Shown: in pieces, positions 53,017-64,000 of the stretch | Numbering within the stretch: position 1 is the stretch's first letter | Layout: each line of letters starts with the position of its first letter | Program-made: the position numbers and the translations under genes | Assembly (NCBI GenBank): GCA_015680685.1 | Contig: MNCI01000456.1 | Coordinates: forward strand, 84,284 to 148,283 | Source of the DNA: Gnetum montanum | Lineage: Eukaryota; Plantae; Gnetophyta | Length of the DNA stretch: 64,000 nucleotides | Direction: 5' to 3' | The notes under the pieces: generated by a model | The model's database searches: none | Seen by the model: only the letters and a program-made list of their open reading frames with translations | Told to the model about the DNA's origin: nothing

Positions 53017-56000
53017 TTACATGATGGAACCAAGTCCCATCCAAACTACATGGTCCTTAAATGACTTCAATGGCATTCCTTTTGTTAAAGAATCAACTAT
53101 CATCAATTTAGTGCATATATGCTCAATGATCACTTTGTTTTCCTTAATGCATTCCCTTATGGCTAAGTACTTTATCTTGATGTGTTTACTTCAACTACCA
53201 CTCTTATTACTCTTAGCCATAAAGACAATAGTTGAATTATCACAAAACATTCTTAATGGCCTAGATATAGAATTCACAATTCTAAGCCCTGATATAAAAC
53301 TCTTTAACCATACACCATGTGAAGTAGCCTCAAAACAAGAAATGAACTCTACCTCCATGGTGGAAGTAGCAATCAAAGTTTTCTTTCCACTCCTCCAAGA
53401 TATACCTCCTCTAGCTAGCATAAAAACATAACAGATGTTGATTTCCATGAATCAACATAGCTAGCAAAGTTTGAATCGGAGTAGCCATTCACCTCCAAGG
53501 AGTCAATTCATTTATACATAAGCATGTAATATTTTGTACCTTGAAGGTACCACATCACTTTCTTTGCAGCCCTCTAGTGGTCAATACCTAGATTACTCTG
53601 ATATTTGCCCAATATTCCCATAGAAAATACAATGTCAAGGCTTGTGCAGACCTGAGCATACATAAGGCTTCTAATAGCTGAAGCATATGGAATGTTGCTC
53701 ATCTAAATTTTCTCTAAATCATTCTTAGGGCACTATTCAAATTGAACCTATTACCCTTCATAATGGATGCTATACTTGGTGAACAATCTTTCATCCAAAA
53801 CCTCTCTAAAACTTTATTGATATAGGTTTCCTGCAACAATCCTAGAATACATCTAGATCTATCCCTATGGATCTAAATGCCAATGACATAAGATGCCTCA
53901 TCCATATCCTTCACGTCAAAATTCTAAGAGAGAAAATGTTTCACCTCGTATAGAAATCCATTATTATTGGTTGCAAGAAGGATATCATCCACATATAGAA
54001 CAAGGAAATAGATTTGCTTCCACTGACCTTCTAGTATATACATTGATCCATGATATTTTCTTCAAAAGCAAATGAAGTGATGATATCATGGAATTTTAAG
54101 TACCATTGACGAGAGGCTTGTTTTAATCCATATATGGATTTCTTGAGCTTACATACCAATTGCTCACCATCACTAGAGGAAAACCCTTCAGGTTGTTTCA
54201 TATAAACCTCTTTCTCTAGATCACCATTAAGGAATGTTGTTTTCACATCCATTTGATGTAATTTAAGATCAAAATGGGCAATCAATGCCACGATAACATG
54301 AAGGGAGTCCTTCTTAGATACAAGAGAAAATGTCTCCTTGTAATCTATTCCCTCTTTCTAAGTGAACCCTCTAGCAACAAGTCTGGCCTTATATCTTTCA
54401 ATGTTGCCCAATAAGTCTTTCTTAGTCTTGAAGACTCATTTGCATCCAATGGCTTTTACACCATCAAGCAACTTTACAAGATCCTAGACTCCATTATATG
54501 ACATAGAGTTCATCTTGTCTTTCATGGCATCATATCACAAGTTAGATTCCTTATAACTCATAACTTATGAAAATGTTTCGGGATCATTTTCAGCTCCTAT
54601 GTTGTAGTCAGACTCCTGTAGATACACCATATAGTCACTAGGAATCATTGATCACCTTACTCTAGTAGATCTTCTTAATCTTGATTCATCATTTTCTTGA
54701 GGATCATGATGTTCAATAGGTTGTTCAATAGGTTCTAGTATGTGTTGTTCAGCTGGATCTACTACTTCTTGATCAGTAGTTTGTAAAACTTTAATGATTG
54801 GTTGTTATTCATTATACATTTGTGATCGAGGATCATGATGTTCAATAGGTTTTTCAACAGGTTCTAGTATGTGTTGTTCAACTGGATCTACTACTTCTTG
54901 ATCAGTAGTTTGTGAAACTTTAATGATTGGTTGTTATTCATTATACATTTGTGATCTAGGCATATTGTGTAGAACAATCAATCTATCATTTGAAGTAGCA
55001 GGTTGTGCGTCTATATGATCTATCTTAGGAATAATGTTGCAAGATCTACTACTCCAACTAATCAAGTCATTCTCAAGAAATTTAGCATTCCTTAATTCCA
55101 CAAACCTAGTAGTATGTGATGGGCAATAAAATTTGTATCCCTTAGACCATTCAGCATATCCAATGAAATACCCACTTATGGTCCTTGGATCTAGCTTCTT
55201 TTCTTATGGATTATATACTCTTACTTTAGACGGACATCCCCAAATGCGTATATGTCACAAAATCAATTTCCGACCTTTCGATAATTCAAATGATGTCTTT
55301 GAGACAACCTTTGTTGGAACTCAGTTTAACATATACACTACCATCTTGAGAGCTTCAGTCCACAAGGACTTAAGAAGCTTAGAATTGCTAAGCATACTCC
55401 TCACAATGTCCGATAATGTTTAGTTTCTTCTTTCTGCCACACCATTTTGGTCTGGAGAACTAGGCATAGTGTACTGGGCAACAATTCCATGCTCTTGAAG
55501 AAACTTAGCAAATGGACTAGGTGCTTGTCCATCATCAATATATCTACCATAGTATTCACCACCTCTATTAGATCTCACTAACTGTATTTTCTTACCACAT
55601 TGTTTCTCTACTTCAACCTTAAACACCTTAAAGGCATCTAAAGCTTCACTCTTGTTATGAATCATGTAGAGACATATATCATGAGTAATCATCAATAAAG
55701 GTAATGACATACTTTTTACCATACACATCCATATCTAGACTACAAATATTTGTATGTATGATCTCTAATATGTCTGAACTCCTCTTGGCACCTTTCTTTG
55801 ACATATTAGTCTGCTTTCCATTTATGTAGTCCACACAAATGTCAAAGTTAGTAAAATCATACATACAAATATTTGTATGTATGATCTTTTATATGTCTAA
55901 ACTCCTATTGGCATCTTTCTTTGACATATTGGTTTGCTTTCCCTTTATGTAGTCCACACAAGTTACTAAGTACTCCATCATTTACTAATCTTTTTATTCT

Positions 56001-57300
56001 CTCAATAGAGATATGTCCTAATCTACAATGCCATAACATAGAGGATTCATCATTCATAACACATCTCTTAATGCTAGTATGAACATGCATAGAAGTATAA
56101 GAAGTTTCCTTTTGTAAATTAATGTTGAAAAAACCATCTATCAATGTACCACTTCCAATAAGTTCAGATCTATAATATAGACTAAATATAGTGTCTGAAA
56201 AATTAAAGAAAAAATCCCAATGATACAAGCCTTGAAACAGAAATTAAATTCCTTAAAAAACTTGGAATATACAATGTCTTTTCCAACTCTAAAACAAAAC
56301 CATTGCTTAAAACTAGTTTACATGTTCCAATTGCCTCCACATGTGAGTGCATCTTGTTGCCTGAATAGATGCATGACTCACTTTCCACTAGCTTCCTTAG
56401 GTTTTGCACCCCTTGTAAGGAATTGGCAGCATGGATTATAGAACCAAAGTTAATCCACCATGTGTCATGGCCAACATCAACCATATTAGATTCAAAAAAA
56501 GCAAGTGAGAGTTGAGTACCTTTTTTTTCAAGCCATTTCTAATATTTAGGACAATCCTTCTTTATGTGTCCTTTCTTTTTGCAGAAAAAGCATCTGGATT
56601 CCTTATTAATATTAGCTTGTGCAAGCAATTTGGCCTTTGCCTTTGGCTTGTTCTTTATTCTTTTTTTGTATGACCACATACACACTCTCTTTCACTTCCA
56701 TCACAAGTCTACCCTCTTCTTGCACACATATGATCATTAGTTCATTGATTGACCATTTGTCTCTATGTGTGTTATAAGAAATCTTAAAGGGTCTGTAGTG
56801 CGTTGGGAGCGTGTTTAAGATGTAGTGCATGAGGAAAGATTCTGACATCTCAACCTCAAGTGTTTTTAGTTGAGCCACTATATCCCTCATTTGCATGATG
56901 TGCTCATGCACACCACGAATTTCGATGAGCTTCATGGATGAAAACTTCATTATTAAGGTGTTAGCCAATGCTTTGTTTGATGACTCAAATTGTTCATCAA
57001 TTACATTTAACAAAACATGCACATTGTCATATTGTTCTAGTGAACGATGCATACCAGCCGATATCTTGGTTTTTATGAACATGAAACAAAGCTGATTAGA
57101 TCACTCCCATTTTTCATAATTACCAATATCATTGAAATGGTTGGTTGTTGTAACGGTAGGTGGTTCATCCTTACGGATAGCATAATCAATGTACATCCAG
57201 CCTAAATGAAGAAAAATTTTCTCCTTCCACACCTTATAATTATCACCCTTTAATTCAAGAATGTCACATTTAAATTAGAGTAGCTTACAGGTTGTACAAC
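53017..57300 (-). pseudogene. Copia gag-pol (Gag, protease, GAG-pre-integrase, integrase, RT, RNase H)
   Basis: Gag MFIKTKISAG...CVQEEGRL; PR WWINFGS; LWHCRLGHISIERI; IN VRSNRGGEY...QNGVAERRN; RT HQMDVKTTFLNG...KSIYGLKQASRQW; RH GGISWRSGK...MFCDNS. IN precedes RT, which is the Copia order. Confidence 0.95.
54699..54956. repeat. 129-bp tandem duplication in the Copia IN-RT linker
   Basis: Units start at 54699 and 54828 (gaggatcatgatgttcaatagg...catttgtgatc), with few mismatches. Confidence 0.9.
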
Positions 57301-57954
57301 TACACAATTAAACATGCTTATGTCACTAAATTTGAGGTTAAAATACCATAAGACATGTTTACCAATGTAAATCATGTAAAAATATAAATCAAATGACATA
57401 AAATTGTGTGTGGGCTAAATTCTAATTCCAACAGGTTCATATATCCTTACAATGAAACTATTAAATTATATTCCTTTTCTTAATCTCTATGGGCAAATTA
57501 AGAAAAATAATTTTACATATCATCCTAATTAATCATATTAAATACAATAAAAATTTTTGTGGAATAAAGTTTATTATATTACATATGATTAATCACAATT
57601 TAATTTTCCATATGTGATCCAAAACTTTTAACAATTTTTGCAAAATTAAAGATGCTGTGGCCATTCTCTAATCATATAATAATAATAATAATAAATAAAG
57701 ATCACAAGTTACAATTTTATGTAGAAAAAAACTATACATTACGAAATTTTTAATATTCGTTAACTAGAGCAACTTTATGCATAGTTCAAAACCCCAAAAT
57801 ATCACCTAAATGGGCACCAGTCATGCCTTGCAAAAAGGACCCACACAAACCAACGCAGTAAAGGTTAGTAATTTTATAGAGATGTCCATCACAATCATAA
57901 ACAAGCCTTCCACTTACTAACTGATAATGACATCAAGACAAAGACAGAGATGCA

Positions 57955-57966
57955 GCTCCGATACTA
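57955..57966 (-). promoter_or_regulatory. Copia primer-binding site (tRNA-Met-i type)
   Basis: Minus strand TAGTATCGGAGC vs consensus TGGTATCAGAGC, 2 nt from the LTR end. Confidence 0.8.
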
Positions 57967-59706
57967 GATGGAAGACAAAATTTGTGGATTGCATAAGAAA
58001 TTTACATGCACACATAATTGAAAATGCACAATGTAGAAGCAAATGGAAATGACTTCTAACCATTGATGCCTTAAATTAAACTTGGCATTCGGATTCTTTT
58101 TTCACATTGGGCGCTCTACAACTATGGTGTATGCAACCTCTAAGCATTTGAAAGGGACCAAAACTACAATTCTGCTATGATTCATGGAGCCTTTGTTCTC
58201 TGGTTACCATTAAAAATTAGAAAAAATAAGCTGCATAAAAACGCGTTAACACTTAATGCATATTATTCATTTTTTCTAGCATAGGAGATCCAAATAATCA
58301 CCATCATCAAGCCTCGCTTGAGAAGAAAGTCTCCTAATTAAGCCACAGTTTTCTACACCATTTGGCCCTTTTCCTCTTTCTTCCACCTTTGTTCTCATTC
58401 GACAATCCCCATCCAGGAAAAGATACACAGATTTCAGCGAATGGTTGATCTTTGGAATGCATTTCCACACCCTGTGGAATGCTAAGTTTAACATGTTTCC
58501 TCTATAATAGTCTCAGTCAACACGGTTTCTCTTCATCCTTTCCTCATTCTATTTGTCTTAAAGTAGCTTATGTACTAAATTTTGTTTTCTATTAATAAAA
58601 TTCTCTTTTTGGGGTNCCCCCCAATTTTTTCTAGCATAGGTCATTACCCCTCCCTCCATTAACGCATATTTTTTAGCGCTAAATGCTAGGCTACATTTAG
58701 CAGAACGATCAAAGCAACATCATGTAAAGTGGGGCCCTATACAAAACACGTTATCTCTAAGGTCGCACCGTCCTGCATCAGTTTTCACGGAACATCACAC
58801 CACAAATACAAAGCCCTTCGGGTACTTTATTCTTTTTGTTTTGGCCTGGTTGGACGACGACTCCAAGTCAACAATACAGTAACCTTTCAAAATCTGCACT
58901 GCTACAAGTAAACAATAAAAGCTTCAAAAGTCTGCACCCTCCATGGAAGTCACAGGGCATGCGCTTGTGACCAAAGAGATGACTGCCGTCTCTCACAAGG
59001 GCTCTGCATGGGGCTGCGTCTAAATCGTAGTTTTCTCTTCTATCTAGATGCTGGTTAAACGGTGCAAAGTTTCACGTAGATGCTGCCTAAACAATGCTGT
59101 CCGTGTTGCCCGTAGTATCTTCATCAATTTCTTCTGTTCGAAAAAATGAAAAGAGGAAAGGCCACCAAGTTCTAAAATTATATATTATATTAACATGTCG
59201 TAGTTGTAATCTCCTTTTTAAAAAATGTTATTGCTATAATTCGTATGAACATTTCAAACGCAAGAAGACTCTCGTTAGCCTGAAACTCTAAGGTCCAAGA
59301 ACTTATTATCCGTATGAGTTCTGTAACTTTAGCAAGCTTCAAAAACCTTTCTTATTGTCTTTGCACATAAAAAGGAATCTTAACAAATGAAAGAGAAGAT
59401 TAAAGGTACTTTCATTGATAAAATGCTTAAAAATGTTTTAGATGCTAACACTATCACGTTTAAAAATGAGACATTCTAAGTTCCAATGAAAAATATACTT
59501 ATAGATAATAAATAATTTCATTTTTTTCATTAGATTAAAAAATGTTACCTTGCTTGATTTTGAATTTTGATAATCCATTTTAAATTTAGGAACCATCATT
59601 TAAAGTGATGATAAGCTGCTCATTTATCAAGTCAAAGAAGTAGGTTTAAGCTAGGCATAGTCACCGGAAGAGAAGAGATCAGGCTTTCACTCATCTACCA
59701 ACCCTT

Positions 59707-60360
59707 TAAACATCACCATCACCATTTCATTTATAGGATGAGGGACCCCGTTAATAGGATGAGCGCTGTCACTCCTCGGAATAAAACATCACCATCACCA
59801 TTTAATAGGATGAGGGACCCCGTTAATAGGATGAGCGCTGTCACTCCTCGGAATAAAACATCACCATCACCATTTAATAGGATGAGGGACCCCGTTAATA
59901 GGATGAGCGCTGTCACTCCTCGAGATAAAACATCACCATCACCATTTAATAGGATGAGGGACCCCGTTAATAGGATGAGCGCTGTCACTCCTCGGAATAA
60001 AACATCACCATCACCATTTAATAGGATGAGGGACCCCGTTAATAGGATGAGCGCTGTCACTCCTCGGAATAAAACATCACCATCACCATTTAATAGGATG
60101 AGGGACCCCGTTAATAGGATGAGCGCTGTCACTCCTCGGAATAAAACATCACCATCACCATTTAATAGGATGAGGGACCCCGTTAATAGGATGAGCGCTG
60201 TCACTCCTCGGAATAAAACATCACCATCACCATTTAATAGGATGAGGGACCCCGTTAATAGGATGAGCGCTGTCACTCCTCGAGATAAAACATCACCATC
60301 ACCATTTAATAGGATGAGGGACCCCGTTAATAGGATGAGCGCTGTCACTCCTCGAGATAA
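59707..60360. repeat. Minisatellite, 9 x 72 bp, near-identical units
   Basis: Unit AAAACATCACCATCACCATTTAATAGGATGAGGGACCCCGTTAATAGGATGAGCGCTGTCACTCCTCG(GA/AG)AT; two end variants, with a small insertion in unit 1. Confidence 0.97.
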
Positions 60361-60885
60361 TAAGTCTGAATTTAAACCTGTGAGCAAGGAAACGATGTTT
60401 TAAGGCTACATTAAAGGCGTATGAAGGGAAAGGGAAATTTTTTCTTTATTACTGTTTATACCTTTATTTTTTATTTTCCGCTTGAGTAACGGATAAAACT
60501 CTTAAAATCGCAACGTTATTTGGGCATCATCCGGATGAACATTTGAAAACATAAGCCACGATTTAGCCGCTGGGCCCCCCCGCTGGTCCAGCCGGCCTAG
60601 CCCAACGTTCGTTAAAACAGACCACCAACATCAACAGCACAAATACAATAATACAGCGTGGCGTCACAATCACTAATATAAACAAAATCCACGCAACGCG
60701 GACGCCACGCCTGACCACGCGAGAGAATCCTGGGCCAGCCCCTGATCCTGGTCACATGGTAACCAAAGGCAATGACTTTCTCTTTGCTGTGCCCAATTAC
60801 AAGCCAATCTTACTGAACCGTGTAAAACACCGGTCGTCATAATAATGGACGAGAATCTTCTCACAAAGCCTTTACGATAGAAGCC

Positions 60886-61011
60886 GATGTATGGCTGTGT
60901 TGTAAACAAGCCAAAGTCGAGCCTATCAAACCGAAGCCAAGAAAAGAGGATGTATGGCCGTGTCGTCAACAAGCTCAAGTCGAGCCTATAAAACCGAAAC
61001 CGGGAAGAGAG
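60886..61011 (+). repeat. 63-bp imperfect tandem duplication just upstream of the F-box ATG
   Basis: gatgtatggctgtgttgtaaacaagcc... (60886) and gatgtatggccgtgtcgtcaacaagct... (60949). Confidence 0.9.
60987..60993 (+). promoter_or_regulatory. Candidate TATA box of the F-box gene
   Basis: CCTATAAAA 58 bp upstream of ATG 61045; could instead be coding sequence (see findings). Confidence 0.4.
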
Positions 61012-61044
61012 GATCTTGGAAGCAAAAGCAGCAGCAGCAGCAAC

Positions 61045-62253
61045 ATGGAGACGCTAATGGAGGACGCCTTGGAGAGCGTGCTAGGCCTGCTGCCGGTGCG
61101 CGATCTGGTGAAGGCCACGGGCGTGTGCAGCGACTGGCGCCGCATTATCAATTCCAGCGCACTGGTTCGCCGGAGCAGCGACAGCAGGCAGCAGCGGCAG
61201 CCATGGCTGTTCGTGGTGGACGCACACGCCGGCTCACTCAAGGCGTTCGATCCTATTTCATCCGCATGGCTGCCGCCGCTGCCGCTGCCGCTGCCGCGGT
61301 CGCCGGCCGAAGTCATTCGCAAGGGCGTGCAGGCGGCCGCCGGCGACCCGGGGCTGCTCTACGAGATCGCCGGCGGGCGCCTGCGCTATGGCTGGGCCAC
61401 GGCGCGCGGCGTCCGCTGGCAAGAGACGCCGGCGATGCGGTGGTGGCGCCTGAATCCGGTGGTGTGCTACGTGCACCCCCGGACGGCGCTGCTGGTGGCC
61501 GGCGGCGCCTGGGAGCTCGACGACGACGACGCCCAGGACAGCTGCGTCGAGATCCTCAGCCTGGGCTCCAGCGCCTGGGAACCGGCCGAGCCGCTGCCGC
61601 GGAGCTTCCGGAGCTTGACGTCCTCGAAGATGGTCCGCGCGGCCTCGGACGGCACCGGTGACCGCATGTTCCTGCTCCAGGAATCCGGCGGCCGGTTGCT
61701 GTGCGCGAGCTTCCACATGGGGCTCCGCCGCTGGAGCGCCACCTGCGCCGTCAGTCTGCCGGACTCCGAGGGGCTCCTGCCGCGGACGCTGTCGCTCGTC
61801 GGCGGGACCGCCCGCGGGCTGCTCGTTGCCGGACTCACCGCCGCGGACGGCGCGTGCAGGGCGGTTCTGTGGCAGCTCGCCGAGGACGCCGACGGCGCCG
61901 GCGCGGACATGCCGGCGGCGCTTCTGTGCGAGATGCCGCGCAACATGGTGGCCGCCGTGGTCGGGCTCCTGCAGGCGGACGTGCTGGACCCGGCGTGGTA
62001 CTCGTTGATGTGTGTGGGCGCCGGCGATCTGGTGTTCTTTCACAGCGACCGTACCGATGTGGTGGCGCTGTGTCATCTTCCGTCGCTCAGCTGGTCCACC
62101 TTCACGGTGGACGACGACCGCATGCGCTGTGGCGCCGGCGGTGTTGGCGTGAACATGATGAGTGCCAGAATGCTGATGCCCTGTTTCTCCTTCAAAACCT
62201 TTGTGTGCGCACCGGTCACTCTGGACCAGGTCATTCCGGCGTTCCCCCTGTGA
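61045..62253 (+). CDS. F-box/kelch-repeat protein, At1g23390 (KFB-CHS)/rice IBF1-like, 402 aa, single exon
   Basis: N-terminal F-box (LMEDALESVLGLLPVRDLVKATGVCSDWRRII), then PWLFV..AFDP..SAW, WRLNPVV..LLVAGG..VEI..AWE..EPLP, LLVAGL..LW..EMP..GDLVF and C-terminal CAPVTLDQ. This motif order is the one I recall for the At1g23390 subfamily. Intact ORF, very high GC3, good ATG context (aacATGG). Confidence 0.9.
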   Translation: METLMEDALESVLGLLPVRDLVKATGVCSDWRRIINSSALVRRSSDSRQQRQPWLFVVDAHAGSLKAFDPISSAWLPPLPLPLPRSPAEVIRKGVQAAAGDPGLLYEIAGGRLRYGWATARGVRWQETPAMRWWRLNPVVCYVHPRTALLVAGGAWELDDDDAQDSCVEILSLGSSAWEPAEPLPRSFRSLTSSKMVRAASDGTGDRMFLLQESGGRLLCASFHMGLRRWSATCAVSLPDSEGLLPRTLSLVGGTARGLLVAGLTAADGACRAVLWQLAEDADGAGADMPAALLCEMPRNMVAAVVGLLQADVLDPAWYSLMCVGAGDLVFFHSDRTDVVALCHLPSLSWSTFTVDDDRMRCGAGGVGVNMMSARMLMPCFSFKTFVCAPVTLDQVIPAFPL

Positions 62254-63493
62254 AATTTTTCACCACCTTATTTTACGGATAGCTGGATTGTAGATCCGCA
62301 AATTCCTGCGCACTCAACCGGCCCCAAAGATGAATACACTGAATTTACCTTTCGGTATTCCACGGTAATCACTCCCGGGTCCTGATGCCTGTATCCGAGG
62401 CAATGTATTTATCGTATTTACTGCTCCTGTTATTCATACCGTTGAAGGTCCCTTATCAACTTTTAAAGTTAGTTGTCATTTATGATCACACTGGTGTCGT
62501 AAGAGTCGGTATACGCGTTAGTATTTGTAGATATTATTTCATTGTCATTGCCTCTTCAATATCATCATTTCAATACACTATGACGCAACCTAGAAATTTT
62601 GCACCTTTACGCCCAAGATAAAGTCCTTAGTCATGGTAAAGGCATAAGCAAGGTAAAAGTGAACATGAAGAAGAAGAAGAAGAGGAAGGGCCCATTAGGT
62701 CCACTCGTATTTATCTTCCTCTGATGTTAAATCAGTTGAGGGTCCCATATTTTAGAATCGTCAGACTTGAAAAGTCCAGAGAACCTATCATTTATGCCCA
62801 TGATTAAAAACTCTGACAAATACCCTGATAGGCGTAAAAACTTGGCAGATATTACGGAATATGCTAAGTTTTATGGTTAAGTCTCCATAAAACACAATTT
62901 TTTAAAATATGAACAATGTTTGCAACATTTTTTATTAACACACTACAAGTTAAGGCTTAATCCCGACTAAAGGCTAGAGCTGCAAGTCCGCAACACTCGC
63001 AGGAAATGCAAGTTAAAATAAGCTAAAAAGTAGAGCTGCAAATAGGGGTGCAGTAAATATCAAGTTAAAACCTGAGTAAAATAGGGGTGCTATTGAGTTT
63101 CAAAGTAAAAGAAAGCAATTATAAAGAGAATCTGTATAGTATTTGTAATCATTTTTAAAACAATCTATGTATATTGGGTTTACTTGATTTTAGGATTTAT
63201 TTATATTTTAATTTTAATTGTTTTTATTTTTTAAATAAAATAATTAATTTTAAAAGCAAAGCCAGGTTGGTTCGGTAAGAAAAGGAAGCCCATATTTAAT
63301 TATTCCAAAGACACTTGATCACCTTGACAAAAATAATTGGTTTATATAATTAACAAGCAATTGAATATGGATATCACATATTCCTGGATTGTCTTGTTTT
63401 AGAGCAAAGTTGCTACAAATGACAAAGAACAATTCAAGATGAGCATCACCTATTGCTGCAGTGTCTTGCTCTTGAGCAAAGTCACAATACAGC

Positions 63494-63587
63494 ACAAATT
63501 AACTGATATTTTGAAAATGCATGTATGTCGTAACCATGCATTGCTGACAAATTAACTGATATTTTGAAAATGCAGGTATGTCGTAAC
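63494..63587. repeat. Local direct duplication (41-bp units, 53-bp period)
   Basis: acaaattaactgatattttgaaaatgca(t/g)gtatgtcgtaac at 63494 and 63547. Confidence 0.85.
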
Positions 63588-64000
63588 ACAAGTGCAAACA
63601 ATCGAATAATTACTGTACAACATGATTGCTGACCGCATGATTTCTGTACAACAGGTTTATTTATGATGTCAAAGTAGTTGGACCTCTGGCTGGAATACAG
63701 GTGTGTGGTAACTATGCATTGCATACGAGCACATGATTGCTGTACAACAGGTTCATGTATGATGTCAAATTAGCTGGGCAAGGTTGGGCTCTCACTATTT
63801 TAGAATTAAATTAGGTAAATGAATCAAGTTTCCATAAGAAGAGGAGAGAACCTGCAATCTATGCAATCAAGAGTAATTGAAGATGAGCATCACATATTTC
63901 TGCAACTGAGTATTGTCACCACCACAAATAGCAAATTATAATTATTAAATTATGTGCTATACATACTATTTCTTTAATAATTTTATTAATTAAGTATTTG

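Larger units (their letters stand above)
52283..58260 (-). mobile_element. Ty1/Copia LTR retrotransposon (decayed)
   Basis: LTR-like direct repeats 52283-52727 and 57969-~58260 (aagacaa.atttgtggattgcataagaaatttacatgca...); Met-type PBS; PPT reverse complement aatcttccactt at ~52728-52739; possible TSD TACTA/TATTA. Right end uncertain. Confidence 0.9.

Noticed and set aside
59707-60360. CRISPR array
   Set aside because: No unique spacers (whole units are identical), no cas genes, eukaryotic context.
59731-60403. 221-aa (+) and 218-aa (-) repeat-protein ORFs
   Set aside because: A 72-bp unit is a multiple of 3, so any stop-free frame extends through the array. There is no unique domain or other evidence of coding, though expression data would be needed to exclude it fully.
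60954-62282. Long alternative-frame and antisense ORFs overlapping the F-box gene
   Set aside because: Expected from very high GC (few stops); the translations are R/G/A/P-rich with no recognisable domain.

Overview
Eukaryotic (land plant) genomic DNA from what looks like a short-read scaffold, with single-N joins and one 162-N gap. About 58 kb is an AT-rich, CpG/CHG-depleted stack of decayed retroelements: (i) a Tat/Ogre-type Gypsy pol remnant with the extra archaeal-type RNase H (~6.3-9.2 kb); (ii) an orphan Athila env-like ORF remnant (~12.8-15.1 kb); (iii) an RTE-clade LINE fragment (21.9-23.0 kb); (iv) a complete minus-strand Athila-type element (27682-50720, TSD ATCAT) that carries a long env-like ORF; (v) a younger env-less Athila relative nested inside it in the opposite orientation (32175-42092, TSD GTATG); (vi) a minus-strand Copia element (~52283-58260). 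The last ~5.7 kb is host-like and holds one intact, intronless, GC-rich F-box/kelch gene (61045-62253, At1g23390/KFB-CHS-like). Upstream of it lie a near-perfect 9 x 72 bp tandem array and a 63-bp duplication that is both TATA-containing and in frame with the gene. Best leads: the 72-bp array beside the gene, the possible hidden N-terminal extension, an unannotated conserved N-terminal Gag domain, and the coiled-coil env-like ORF family. All alignments were made by eye; no database searches were run.
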